A DNA stretch of 64,000 nt from NCBI RefSeq assembly GCF_001194135.2, contig NC_068981.1, positions 141,721,467-141,785,466 of the forward strand, written 5' to 3'. Made by a program: the position numbers and the translations under genes. This stretch comes from Octopus bimaculoides. Its lineage: Eukaryota. Positions 26,676-40,392 of this stretch are shown piece after piece. The notes beneath the pieces are model-generated. The model was not told where the DNA came from and did no database searches. It was given only the letters and a program-made list of their open reading frames with translations. Numbering within the stretch: the first letter of the stretch is position 1; each line of letters begins with the position of its first letter.

Positions 26676-27048
26676 TAGGCGCACGCGTGTTGTGTGGTAA
26701 GAACTAATTGGCTCCGGGTTTAGTCTCACTGCGTAGTAGCCTGGGTGAGTGTCTTCTACTATAACCTACTTAAGTTTGTGTGTGTGTGTGTGTGCGTGTG
26801 TGTGTATGTGTGAGAGAGAGAGAGTGTGTGTGTGTCTTTGTGCCTATGTTCGTCCAGCACCACCGCTTAACAATTGGTGTCGGAATATTTACGACACCGT
26901 AACTTAACTGTTCGGCGTAATATACGATAGAATAAGTACCATGAAAAAAAAAAAAAATATATAGGGTCGGTTCTTTCGACTAAAATTCCTCAAAGCGGTG
27001 CCCCAGCATGGCCGTAGTTTAATGACTGAAACAAGAAAAAGATAAAGA
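26676..27048 (+). mobile_element. SINE family B copy with an internal (GT)n/(GA)n tract
   Basis: taggcgca head, gtgtcttctactata, microsatellite core, ccccagcatggccg...tgactgaaacaag tail. Confidence 0.8.
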
Positions 27049-27349
27049 AACGAGAATGAATTCAAAATTTATAAGTAATACAAGAACGCTATGACCACGC
27101 GATTCAATTGTTTCTGAATGTCTAATTTTTAAGTGTGAGGTCATTAAATGAGAAGGAAATTCACCTAGATTTAGTTTTGAGAAGAATGATTAGTCGATAA
27201 TATCTAACCCTAGACATCATTTGTACGGTTTTATATCGACCTCGAAAGTATGAAAGGTAAATCTGACATCGCCGGAATTTTAAGTTAGAATGTATAGAGA
27301 GGCCAGAATATATACCGCTAAATTATCTCTCTATAATGACAACCGCATG

Positions 27350-27725
27350 TGGAGGCGAAATGACCCAGTGGTTAGGGCAGCGGATTCGCGGTCATAGGAT
27401 TGCAGTTTCGATTCCCAGACCGGGCGTTCTGAGTGTTTATTGAGCGAAAACCCCTGAGGCTCCGGTAAGGGATGGTGGCGAACCCTGCTGTACTCTTTCA
27501 CCACAACTTTCTCTCACTCTTACTTTTTGTTTCTGTTGTGCCTGTAATTCGAAGGGCCAGCCTTGTCACACTCTGTGTCACGCTGAATATCCCCGAGAAC
27601 TACGTTAAGGATACACGTGTCTGTGGAGTGCTCAGACACTTGCACATTAATTTCACGAGCAGGCTGTTCCGTTGATCTGAATCAACTGGAACCCTCGACG
27701 TCGTAAGCGACGGAGTGCCAACAAC
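27350..27725 (+). mobile_element. Full-length tRNA-derived SINE, family C, with a TSD
   Basis: A box tgacccagtgg, B box gtttcgattcc, (CAA) tail; TSD aatgacaaccgc at 27335-27346 and 27726-27737. Confidence 0.9.
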
Positions 27726-27776
27726 AATGACAACCGCTATGCATGTTGGTTCGTTGCTAGTTTTCTTGGCTGCCAG

Positions 27777-28125
27777 CAGGGTTTCTCAACGATCTTTTAT
27801 CTATGAACCCCTTTGATTATTATTTTATTCTGGTAGACCCCAGATCAATACCGATTTATAAAACCTAGTTTTATAGAAACTTCTTTCAAAATTCCTATTT
27901 TGTTTTCTACACATTAACTTGTGTAGGTTCAACTGTGTAAAATGTTAGAGAAAGAAACCTAGCTGTTTCTCGCAATACATACCAATACATACATCAAAAG
28001 CAACATTTTTTCAGGAACACCTAAAATACTATTGTCGGTCCATAATTTACTGTTTTGTTGCGTGGACCCTCAAAAAACATTTTGGTCACCTTAGGGGCCA
28101 TATGGACCCCGGTTGGGAACCACTG
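27777..28125. mobile_element. hAT-type MITE (349 bp)
   Basis: TIRs cagggtttctcaac and gttgggaaccactg; imperfect 8-bp TSD gctgccag (27769-27776) and gtggccag (28126-28133). Confidence 0.8.
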
Positions 28126-28329
28126 GTGGCCAGTCGTGCTTTACATTGTGAAGAGAGAAGAGGGGCGAAATTAAAAGAGAGGTATAGAAACAATTGCATA
28201 AGAAGTACAGAAAGAATGGAGTTAAAGAATCATGGAGACTGAATAGGTTAACGGAAAGTGGCAGTAAATGACAGCAGTTGTTACTGGAGGAGTTCTAAAA
28301 ATAAAAAAAAATTGTTTTGTTTCGAGGAA

Positions 28330-28455
28330 AATAAGTACTAGGCTTCAAAAGATAATAATTTCTAGTGTCGACTTGTTCGACTAAAACCCTTCAAGGCGGT
28401 GCCACAGCATGGCCGCAGTCATGTGAGTGAAAAAACAGTAAAAGATAAAAGAAAA
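28330..28455 (+). mobile_element. 3' fragment of SINE family B
   Basis: aataagtactaggctt...ttcgactaaaacccttcaaggcggtgccacagcatggccgcagtc. Confidence 0.75.
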
Positions 28456-28619
28456 TGATATCATCAATTTTGTATAAGCACCAAAATATTTGATGAAAAA
28501 TTAAACTATAATATTGTGTATGCTTATATTTTCTGATGTTACTTACCAAAGGCGGTAAAAGTAGACTTCCAAAATTACCTGTGTTATGACAATCTAGTAT
28601 ATTAACAATCCTTTCTACA

Positions 28620-29162
28620 AGACCAGAATGTTTAAGGGTTGGCGCAAAGCAATTATATCGACCCAAGTGTTCAACTGGTATTTATTTCGAACTTGAAAGG
28701 AAGAAAGACCAAGTTAATCTCAGAGGAATTTGAATTCAGAAAGAAATGCTGCTAAGCATTTAGACGTCCTACTGACGATTCTTTCGAGCTCGCCATCTTA
28801 CTCTGCCACGCAAAAAATCCTTTCTGTTGTAGACTAAGGGCCCGAAGCTTTGGGAGAGGGGTCTAGTCGATTACATCGACACCAAAATTTCACTGATACT
28901 TAATTTATCGGCCCCAAAAGGCAAAGTCGACCTCGGCGAAATTAGAACTCAGAACGTAGCGACGAGCGAAATACCGCTAGGCATTTCTTCCAGCGTCCAA
29001 ACGACTCTGCCTGCTCGCCGCCTCTGCCATACAAATAATCATTTCTACTCTAGGCACAAGGTCTAAAATTTTGGGGGAAGGGGCCAGTCGATTAGATCGA
29101 CCCTAGTACGCAACTGGGACTAAATTTATCAACCTGAAAGGATGAAAGGCAAAGTCGACCTG
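28620..29162 (-). mobile_element. Three head-to-tail SINE family A copies
   Basis: Units at about 28620-28800, 28815-29025 and 29030-29162, all on the - strand. Confidence 0.8.
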
Positions 29163-31055
29163 GGTCAACAGGATTAGTGATGTTTATCATTTTTCTATTT
29201 TGTACTTAATTCTATCTTCTGTATTAATATTATACGTTTATAATTATCTAAATCATATATTTGTGTGTAATGTACTTCTTAAAGTTTCTTGATTAATAAG
29301 TTTTGCGTGAGAGTATTTCATTTAATTCTTTCATCAGTGTATAGTATGATATTTACGATATTGTGAAGGTAACTGGACTAAGGGCTAGAGTGTCTCACTC
29401 AGCATCACAAAGTTGTGAGTTTATCTTGTGAAGCGGGCTGCGCCTTGTGTCTTTGTTTCAGTTTACTCAGCTGTAAATGAGTGCCAACCTGTTATTAGTT
29501 CAGCCTCTCCTCTCTCAGCTGTCACATCCAATATGTTTCCCCGTGTTAAGGTTGAAAAAGCAGAGCTGGTATCTAAGTCTACCCGTGACCACATAAGCAC
29601 CTTAAGCAATTCGCGAATGCATGGTACGTTTTATCAAAATATATTTGCTCGAATGTGACAGTTAGCTGCAAATTATCACTTTTAATTAATTTTCCTTGCT
29701 TTAAACTTGCTTTGTGAATTTTCCTAATTAAAATTTTATATAATTTCTTCTAGTAAATCCATACACTGTCTGAAGTTGTGCTGTTTGTTATTTGTCATTC
29801 TTTTAGAATATTTCTCTTCTTAAATAGAACTGCTTCGTTCTTATATTTACTACTTTCCTCGATGTCTATATTTAATCATGATGTCTTAATGAATTTGTTT
29901 AATACTGGTGCAAAGTTACACATGGTTAATTTTTCCAAACTCTGCTAGTTGAGAATTTTGTTAAATGTCTTACTGTAGTCCACCTATGCCATACAAGACC
30001 TATCTTTACCAGCAATGGAAACTTTGCAGTGTCACATATACTTTTCCAGAATCAGGTTGTTTGTTATTTTCTCCACATATGAATCAAGCATTGTTGTATC
30101 ATAGTATCGAATCTTTAAGCTGTCGTAATCCTAGTTATCGGTTTATTACTTGGGAGATATTGGGCTTTGCTTTTTTCTTTTCTTTTTTCTTTTCTTTTTT
30201 TTTTTTTCTTCTTTAGACTCTGAGATTAAAATGGCATCACCCACAGAATACCAATCAAGTGTTATTTCATAGCGCCTCCGTGTTTCTTCTGAGATATTTC
30301 AGATGTTATTATAGTCTTCACCTATCGTCCAGGTGCTATGTTTACTGTCTTAAACAATTTTCTCTGTAGTGAGTCTTTCGCTAACCATACTTCAGCGTTA
30401 TCTTAGTTTTCTAAAACCCATGTTATTGATTTTGTTTCTTTTTTTTCTTTTAGCACCGGTATAGCTTTTTTTCTTTAAACAGCCATCGGGGTTCTGAGAT
30501 TTGTTCCTTTTGTGATGTATGTATGCCAATGCTTCCCCAATTTTCTTTTGATTTTATCCAAAGGGTTTGATTCATAGTGGTTTTTACCTCACAAATACTC
30601 AATTTCCCACCTATCCATGTGTTGATCATTGCTTATATAATATACAATGCTGGCGGGCTTTGTGCCTAGAGTAGAAAAGAATATACAATGCCAGGGCGTG
30701 GTAGAATCGTTACCGCAACAGAAAAAACGCTTCGCAGCATTTCTTCTTGTTCTTTATGTTCAAATGCAACCTATGTCGAATTTGCGTTTCATCTTTTTTC
30801 AGAGTTGAAAACTTGCTTAATGTAATCGACTTTTCCCTCTCCTCAAAATTACCTGCTGTCTTCTGTAATTATTAAGAATTATTTAGAGAATATATTTTGT
30901 GTCTACTTATATCTTATCACATATGTATTCTTTTTATCGTTGGGTCTTATCGAATTAGTATTCCTATTTTTAGTTTACGTAATACTGGTGTCGGTTTGGT
31001 GCGAAAATTTTAAAGTTTAATTTAAGAAGCTGTCGTTCAAACATGAGAATTTACA

Positions 31056-31520
31056 TCAGGTGAGCTGGCAGCAACGTTAGCATGCCGGAAATAATGCTTA
31101 GCGGCATTTCGTCCGTCTTTACGTTCTGAGTTCAAATACTGCGGATGTCGACTTTGCCTGTCATCTTTTCGGGGTTGATGAAATTAGTACCAATTGAGTA
31201 TTGGGTGTCGATGTAATTTACTTGCTCCTTCCTCCAAAATTTCAAAATTGTGCCCATATTAGAAAAAATGGTTATCATTATTGTTGTTCTTGATGGTGTT
31301 AAAGCTGTGAGCTGGTAGGATTGTTAGCGCGCCGGGAAAAATGCTTAGCTACTTTTCGTCCGTCTCTACATTCTGAATTCCAATTCTGTCGAGGTCGACT
31401 TTGCTTTTCATCCTTTCGGGGGTCGGTAAAATAAGTACTAGCCGAGTACCACTGGGGTCCATGTAACTGACTTAGCCCCTCCCTTGATATTGCTGTCCTT
31501 GTGTCAAAGTTCGAAGCCGT
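31056..31520 (+). mobile_element. Two adjacent SINE family A copies (31056-31270 and 31302-31520)
   Basis: Each has a gtgagctgg head, a ttctg(a)(g/a)ttc B-box region and the gtcgactttgc domain. Confidence 0.85.
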
Positions 31521-33581
31521 TTTTATTGTTGTTGCTGCTGATTTTATTATTAGTGTTAGTAGTACAACTCCTGCATGTTGTAACTACTTTGTTTCCAACG
31601 ACATCTGTTTTATGTATGATTCAAAGCAAAATGGGTAACAGCCATTTCCTCTGCAAACTACTAAGACTGACATGTTTGGAAAACTTGACCATACAGGTTT
31701 ACAGAGCTCAGATTAAATGCGTACGACAGAGCCTTATAATGCATTCCGCTAAATTATGTTCGCTCAACGTACTACATATAGCAACCAATTCATCTTCATA
31801 TCGCAACCCAGTATCTTACAATAGAAAAGATACATTAGAAAATGTAGATATAAATATATTTTGCTTGAAACAGAGATAAAATGGTAACGGCTATAATATC
31901 TTTGATCAGTTCAAATCGGTACTACAGAACAACGACTCCACTATGAGCATACAGTAAGCAGACGACCTTGTTAAACTGTGTACTATGATATGTCTACACT
32001 ATATCACTAAACTATTATTAAGCTTGCCTAATAATTTGCTATAAAACAATACAATTGGAAACTGAGATATTCTCTCCCTATGTAGAGAAAAGAAGTAATA
32101 TATATGTTTAAGGCAACTACTACGATGTGGAAATGATTGTTATGCAATAGTTAGTTACACCTCTTGTGGCACAGAAACAGAGCGGTTATAAATTTTCTTA
32201 TATATCTAGTTCATTTTGCCTAATTTACATTTTAGTTCTTATGACAGACATCTTTCTGGTTTGCGAAACATGGTTTCCCAAAACACTAGAACCGAAATCA
32301 CATTGCTAGATGTATTGGAGGTCTAACTTGACGCAAAAGCTTTATATGAAAGACAAGAGAAAACTTCTGAAGTGATTTTGAATTACATATGTTATGGACT
32401 AAGTATTCTGGACGCCGCAAGTAATTTATTTATTTTTTTTTTTTTAGCTTTCACTGCAGTTTTTATTATTTAAATGTTTCAAGATCCTGCTTAGTGGAAC
32501 ACTGATACTGAGAAATTTGACTAGTGTTCTTTGCATAACTACACTACTGTATCGTTTCCAGAATAACATTTTTTTTTCACATAACAAAAAGGCTTCAGAC
32601 GATACCAGATATTTCGAACATTTCTATGTCATAATCTTGTCATAATCTTGTTTTATTTAGGAAGACGATAATCAGCAATTCAGTAACAAATTAGATTTAC
32701 TACTTATTTGAAAACGTACATTTGTATATTCTTGTTTATTATGATTAAGTAAACAGAAACCTAAAATTGTTCCTGACAGAATTCGATCGGAAGTTTGTAA
32801 GCTTAGGGTGTCAATTACTTTTAGTTGCACACCAGTTCTATGAATATATCTTGGGAAACTACTTCATAGAAATACTATGAGCCACTCCTAAAAGCAATTT
32901 AATCTAGATGCACGGAACTAAAATTTTCGACAAATAGAAAAAAAAAATGCATTTTGAAAAAAACTTCCACTTCATTATATTCTGCATGAATAAACTTCAG
33001 CTGGAATCTATTTTGAATTTAATCCTTTAAAAGTTCTTATCTTCTATTTTCTTTCTATCATTTGCTTTTTTTTCTTTCATTCTAACTGAAACACTTCTTC
33101 ATTAAATAGTAATAGAATATTTCTAAATCTATGTACATCTAGTGTTTTCTTTTTAAAATTTTGCCTCGCAATATTTTCTTTATATAACATTCTCTAAAAC
33201 AATACACACGCGGTTAAATTCCCTTAGGATACTACCTAAATAACAAAATAAAAAAAATAAGTCCACATATGGGTGCCAGAATCGATGTCAATTCATCACA
33301 TTCCTTTGGGATTTTAAAAGAATGGCATAATGGAAAGAAAGAAAAGAAGCACAAACATTTTTACTCAATGTTCCCCTGTAGTAATACAATTCTTCACATA
33401 TATTACTTGAATTAAAACAGATGGTAGAAATATATACTGTATGCATCCTTATGTTCATATATTCGTACACACATACGTGCATACGTTGTTATATACGTAC
33501 AAACTTACATAAATAGTGACCCGCCTCTAGTTATATACATATATAACTTGTTTAGAAATCTTCTATATGCGTTTGTACGCA

Positions 33582-33621
<40 letters not shown>

Positions 33622-35016
33622 CATACACACACACGTAGATAGGTAGGTATGCATGTATTTCATCTTTTTTTCCATTATATAACAATACTTGTTTATCTAC
33701 GATATCCCCAAATTAGTTACGTTGATTAAATTGAAAATGTTGAAGAATATGTTAGAATTAATTAGATGATGCACCATCACATTTACTGCTAAAACGATAC
33801 ACTTTGCGCTAGCTTTGAAATCCTTAAGCAGTTATATTTAATTTTTTCTTGCTCAAAATTAGACATAATGCAAATGAGTTCAAACTACATGCATGTTATA
33901 GAAACATGTTCATGTTAAGCGAAAGAAACATCCCTGCTTCTTTATATTATTTCAACCTGCTAGAAAAACTAGCTGAATATCCCCTCAAACCATACATTAC
34001 TGTGCTCCCATAAATTAGGGTAATTTACTTCAAATAATGTTATGTCACATACCACTAGGAAGAGAAAATTATCTCGGTTGAAATGCCATTGACCTTACAT
34101 CGGTTTATCTAAATCATACCTGAAGCAAAACAAAAAGAAAATCACCATCTGAAAGGAAACTTAAAATAACGAGGAATTTTCTACGAGACTGCTAAAAACA
34201 ACAGTTACTTCTCGCTCAAAATTTCGCACTATAGTCATAGACGCCACGTTGTACAATACAGTCGTGTATGCACAATATCTGAAGAAGAACGGCTCGAATA
34301 CGTCTCTCTCATCAAATAGACCTGCTCATATAAAGTTAAACGAAAGTAGCAGAAATATGTTAAAAAAAAAAATTAAAAAAAATCAGGACACGAAAAAGAC
34401 TGAATTTTTATTCTAAAGAATAGTGCAGTTCTATCATATCTGCCTAGACATATCAGTTCTCTAAGAAGTAAAATATTTACTGCATGAATATATGTTTTCC
34501 ACATTAATAGTTCACAAGCGGGACGCGTGAATATTTCACGGAATTAATGGTAAACCTATTATGTTATTTCTCAAAACTTTATTCAAAAGCCTGAAAGCGT
34601 ACGCTGTATTGTGTCTGTACGGAAAGATAGTCGCTCATCGGCTGCTCATTGAAAAGTCAAAGAAATTGGAATACGTTGATTACTTAATGCACTTTATATG
34701 TACTCTTTATACTTTATGCACTATTTTATAGAGTTAAATACACAGTACTCATAAAATAAATATCCAGAATTATTTTTCCATTTTCTCCATAAACAGCAAC
34801 AAAAAAATCCCGTACATATGATACAGCCTTTAATGAAATTGAATATATCTATCACGTAAATAAGCGTGAATATTTCACGGAATTGCATTTATACGCATGC
34901 GTTAAGTGATAGGTGATATTAAAAACTTAGTTTAATTTTTTTTTAATGCACTTTACACTATCCAATCACAACCACCACCTCCATCTCCACCACCACTGCC
35001 ATCATCATCTCGCGCC

Positions 35017-35077
<61 letters not shown>

Positions 35078-35149
35078 CTTTCTTTAACCTCACTATCAGA
35101 ACATCACCCGTCTGGTAAAATTATACATTTAACTCTCCTCCTCCACCTA

Positions 35150-36540
35150 CAACTACAAGGACCCCCGAAAACGACGATCAGTTTAAAAACATAGTTGCAC
35201 ATTCGGTGGGTGCGAGTTTCATGATCACGCTCAAGTGTCACATATTTAAGTTTAATAACAAGATATACGCCCAAGTGGAAGGTGCCGCCATCGGTGTCAG
35301 TATCACTTGCGATGTGGTTAACCTATTCATGGTATGGTGGGATAGGAAACTCAAAGAGAAGTTAGCAGAGAACTCTATAACTCTAACCATATACTTCCGT
35401 TATGTGGATGATATCAACATAGTAGCCATAGAACCCCTACAAGACAATGTTAATGACCTAGAAGCTAACACTATGAAGATCATCCAGCTAATAGCTAATT
35501 CCATCCACTAGAGTATCAAAGTAATGATAGACTACCCTAACAAGCACTCCGACTATAGGCTACCAGTTAAGACACGGAACTTTGGTTAGATACCAAGTGG
35601 AATTCATTCCCATTACGCCAAACCCATGGCCTCTAAATACCTTGTCCACAAGGACACCACCATTCCGGACAACGCTAAGTTCAATATTCTTATAGCAGAC
35701 TTCTTGAGAGTGATGAGGAATGTGTCTTGCATATGCGACCCTATGGAATTGTAAAGACACATACAACACTTCATCCACCGCATGCAGTCTCTAGCTAAAA
35801 CCAAAGGGACAGGATTAGAGTGTACAAAGGAGCCAGAAGGAAGTACAAAGCCATCACAGAGAGTGATGCAATGTGGATCTGCCCGCTTTAGTGGGGGTAA
35901 ATCCAAAGGGACAGTAAAGGAAGTACCAGACAAAATAGTTAAGATCAACTCATGGTATGGCAACAAAACATATCAGAGTGTCATGATCGTTGATGCTACC
36001 CCCTAGCGGCGAACTTGCATACCTCTTTAGAAAAAAAAAAAACATCCGATAAGGCCAATCTACGGATTAAAGTAGTAGAAAGATCTGGTACCCCTATAAA
36101 ATCCCTGATCTGTGGAACTTATACCTTCGATAAATCCCCATGTACGGAGATCAATTGAATCGTATGTAGGATGAACACACAGGTTAACTGTAAGGTTAGG
36201 AATATAGTGTACAGCTTACGATATACTGAGGGACGGTTCAGAAGCATGACAACAACTTACATTGAAGAGACAGCACGCATCATAGGAGAGCGTATAGGTG
36301 AACACAAGCCAGAACGCAAAGAAGAGAGAGGCTTATCAGTGCTCCACCAACATGCTCAAGCAGAACATAGAGGTTCAATCAATACCATAGAGGTCAAAGT
36401 ATTATCAACGCATAGAACTGAGACGACATTTAGACACATCACAGAGGTACTACACCACACCACACCACACCACACAACATAACGACTAAAGGTTGAAGGG
36501 GAAAAGGTAAACCCAGATATAAAGAGCGTAATACACATAC
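35150..36540 (+). mobile_element. Penelope-like retroelement relic (RT plus GIY-YIG endonuclease)
   Basis: RT motifs FKFNNKIYAQVEGAAIG and YFRYVDD, thumb region HYAKPMAS, and a GIY-YIG remnant NIVYSL..YIEETARIIGERIGEH..SVLHQHA, interrupted by stops, frameshifts and a (CACCA)n run. Confidence 0.88.
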
Positions 36541-37125
36541 AATAGACATATGCACATTCCTATGATAAATTTAAAAAATTACAGACGTAAAAAAAACTGT
36601 AGAAAATGCATGGTTACAAATAGCATAGGAAGCGAAGTCATAGACACACACAAACACACATAGTGTAACTTCACAGATGGCCGCAACAATATGAACAAGA
36701 CGACTAACGACAACGGCAACAGTAGCAACAACAACAACAACTACCACTATGGTAATTATAAGAACAGTACAAAAAGACGGTTTCTAGTGCAGCAACACCG
36801 GCTACGGGGTAGAGGACGGATTGAATGGAGGGTCATAGTGTGTTACTAGGAACAATGGCACACACACACACACATGTACAGACACACGCAAACACAGATG
36901 CATGCGCATAAAAGGATAGACATAATAGAAGAACAGAATGGAATAAGCAGAGCAAGACCACACACAGAGACGGAAAGTGTCGGTGAGGTGGTCACAGATT
37001 TGTGTCGAAAGGTGTCCGAACAATGGACGTGAGTTAGAATAAGAAGCGTGATAAATGAGTAAAGAACGAATATATAGTGCGCGGCCATCCCGAAATACAG
37101 CAATATATATATGTGTGTGTGTGTG

Positions 37126-37559
37126 TATTCTTTTATTTGTTTCAGTTGTTTTGACTGCGGCCATGCTGCAGAATCGCCTTTACTCGAACAAATCGGCTCC
37201 AAGACTTATTCGTTATAAGCCCAGTATTTATTCTATCAGTCTCTATGCCGAACCACTAAGTTACGGGGATGTAAACACACCAACATCGTTTGTCAAGTGA
37301 TGGTAGGGGGACAAACGCACACACACACAAACACGTACACACACACACACACACACACACGCGCACACACACACAAACACACATATGTATGTATACGACG
37401 GGTTTCTTTCAGTTTCCGTCTACCAAATCCATTGAGACTGCTTTGGTCGGCCCGAGTCTATTGTAGAAGACGCTTGCTCAAGGTGCCATGCAGTGGGACT
37501 GAACCGAGAACAATGCGGTTGGTAATCAAGCTACTTACCACACAGCCACTTCTAGCGTC
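37126..37559 (-). mobile_element. SINE family B, full length, with an internal (CA)n tract
   Basis: Colinear with 49923-50378 from tail to tRNA-like head. Confidence 0.9.
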
Positions 37560-38704
37560 AACATTGCATATTTGTTTTAAAATTTCCTCCTTTGAAAGAT
37601 GAGGGTGTGGTTTATGGGACACTTGGTTGATACAGTCTGCTGTCAACCCCAAAAATGCCCACTCCTATGCAAATTATACCACCCTTCGTCTTCTCTCACC
37701 TCCCTCACGTGATCCTTATCTGAATGCAACCTAAATGCTTCACGTCATACCTAAACTTATCCCCATCAATAAAGCGTTGAAAGGTCTATCATTGAGATCA
37801 TGTCCATCTTGTCTGTAGCAGCAAAAGCAGAATCGATGGACATATCTAGGAAACGTTATCGAACCACTCAGACCCCCATCGAATATTTTACAATACATTA
37901 CTAATATATTGTTGATTATTTTAAATGTTTTGTCTCATCTTCTCTAAGCATATTTCGTGGCGAAATTAGATGCTGAATATAGGACATAGTAAAGACTTCA
38001 TTAGAAAACATTTCCTTTCATGTCAATGGTAGAAACTATTTCATAATTCAAAAACTAATAAATTTGCACAAAGCATTAGTAAGACCCACAACTGAGAATA
38101 TCTCCCATCTCTATAAATGTTGATCTGCTGTTACACACACATACATGTAAAGGAAGATCTCTGAACTGATTCAATAGAAAGTGCTTGAAAATACACGCCG
38201 GCCTCTGCCAGACCAGCAGGTAAGATCGTTAGAGCGTCATACAAAATGTAATGACTTATTTGTTCCAGTCGTCTAGGTTCTAACAAATCCCGCTGACGTC
38301 AGATTTGCCTCTTATTCCTTCGAGGTCCATAAGGTAAAGTGCTACTTTAGCATTGGGGTTAATGGTATCGACTAATTCCATCCTCTCAAAATTGCTGACC
38401 TTGTGCATAAATTACAAACCATTATTAGTTGGATAGCAAAGCACGAAAACGCTAAAGTGAAACTGCGTCTTTCTATGCCTCGCCTAGCTGCATTTTGGTG
38501 TACTGTGAAGCATGTTCTGAAAATAGATTTACTAAAATGATTATAAAGGGAGAAAATATCATTTTCGTTGAGTATGCTGGGAATTATCGCATATTGTCAA
38601 ATATAATCGAGATTATCGCATTACTGCTCTGATATTAAGACACTTTGAGATGTTCAAACTTGATATTCACATTCGAAAATGCAGTAATATTTCAATACGC
38701 AAGA

Positions 38705-38755
<51 letters not shown>

Positions 38756-40352
38756 ACATGTGGATACCTTGTTATCTGAAGCGTATAGCCAAAGCCTGTT
38801 ATAGAGAAGAGTTAAATGTTAATTTTGTTTACAGAGATCTTAATCTTGATAATGTGCTGAAATAATATTAACAGTAAGTAGACAAAATGCTTGTTTTGTT
38901 AAGTTTGAACTTTGACAGTCACAATACTTTGTGCAAAACTGTGAGACAAGTGGGCAAACAGTTGAGCATGTAAACTTGTTCTTATACTTCCGGCGATATA
39001 TCAGAAGTGTGAATCTAACTGCGTCTATTATTAACGATAACTGATTCTACAAACCATGTATATGTTATAACGTGTTATATCTGTTATAAGATATGTAGTT
39101 AGATGAGGAAATAATAACAGAGAGATTCCTTACGACAAAATACGAGATGATATAATTATTGAGCACAGAAGCAAGCTCTTGCCCGGAAGGACTATAACTA
39201 CTACAGTTATCTACATCTACTCTAAGAATCAATATTAATCAATAAGTGATTAAAGATTCCATGAAGATGTCGGAAACGGAAAGGCAAATATTAATTATAT
39301 CTGAAATTTCGAATCTGTAAGATATTTTCCTGCCTGACTTCAGGCATAACAGAAGAACTGGTAGAAATTCTGTATGAACAAATCCTATTGCCAAAGATGC
39401 ATCCGATATTATATTGCAGCTTCTTGCTGTTATGTATCTTTGAAACTATGTGGTGACATTTTCCATTTTGTTTAATAAATACTGTTACACTTTCTCTATT
39501 TATAATTTCCCATAGGTTTCTCAAAACTAAAGAGTTTTATTCGATATTATCTGCGTTTCTGTATTTCTGGCTCACTGTACATCAATATATTTTAAACAAT
39601 GAAATATTATCGTTTCCCATTGAATGAATTTCTAACTGAATGATTAAAAGCACAATTCCTTCTTAGTTTTAAGGAGATTGATGTACTATTATTACAAAAG
39701 TTTGAGTAAATTCTATTCACTACACTAAATACACAAAAGACACAGATGTTCTTCACCATGATGGAGATACTTTAAGGAAGCTATATTACACATTTAAGTG
39801 TTTTTTACTTCAGCTGCTTCTTTTAATAATTTCTTTTATTTGGTCTTTAAGAACGGCTAATACGCTGCTGTCTTAATACATATTACTGAACAAATTAATA
39901 GCAGATGTGTAATAGTGCAGAAGAAGAGGGAGAAGAAAAAATAATTGAAGATGAAAAATATAATTACAATTTCATTATCTGAAAAAATTACTCTTATTAT
40001 AGAAATTAATATTTCCATTGTAACTCTAGACATTGTTGTTCTCTTTCTGCGCTTTCGGAACGACTGTTCTGTAATTGCTTTCTTTCTGTTGATTTTTCAC
40101 TTTTCTTTTTATTGTAGTCTTGAAATTTTAACATTTTAAACTATACTTTATTAATCGTGAATTATGTGTATTTTTTTTTTATATTTGACTATAATAGTAC
40201 TAATAGTAGGGATTCTCAAATAATTATTTTGATTTCTTCTTCTCTGTTTTGATACAGAATGCCTATCAAAATGAACGTCAGTATTTTTCACGATCTAGTT
40301 GCATTACACATGAAATAGTTGTGATATGCAGCAACGGTCGAAACCTTCCCCT

Positions 40353-40392
<40 letters not shown>

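Noticed and set aside
27350-27425. tRNA-like fold
   Set aside because: It is the head of a SINE with body, tail and TSD, not a tRNA gene.
39340-39460. Acceptor-like site followed by GITEELVEILYEQILLPK
   Set aside because: No convincing donor, no recognisable family and no partner exons.
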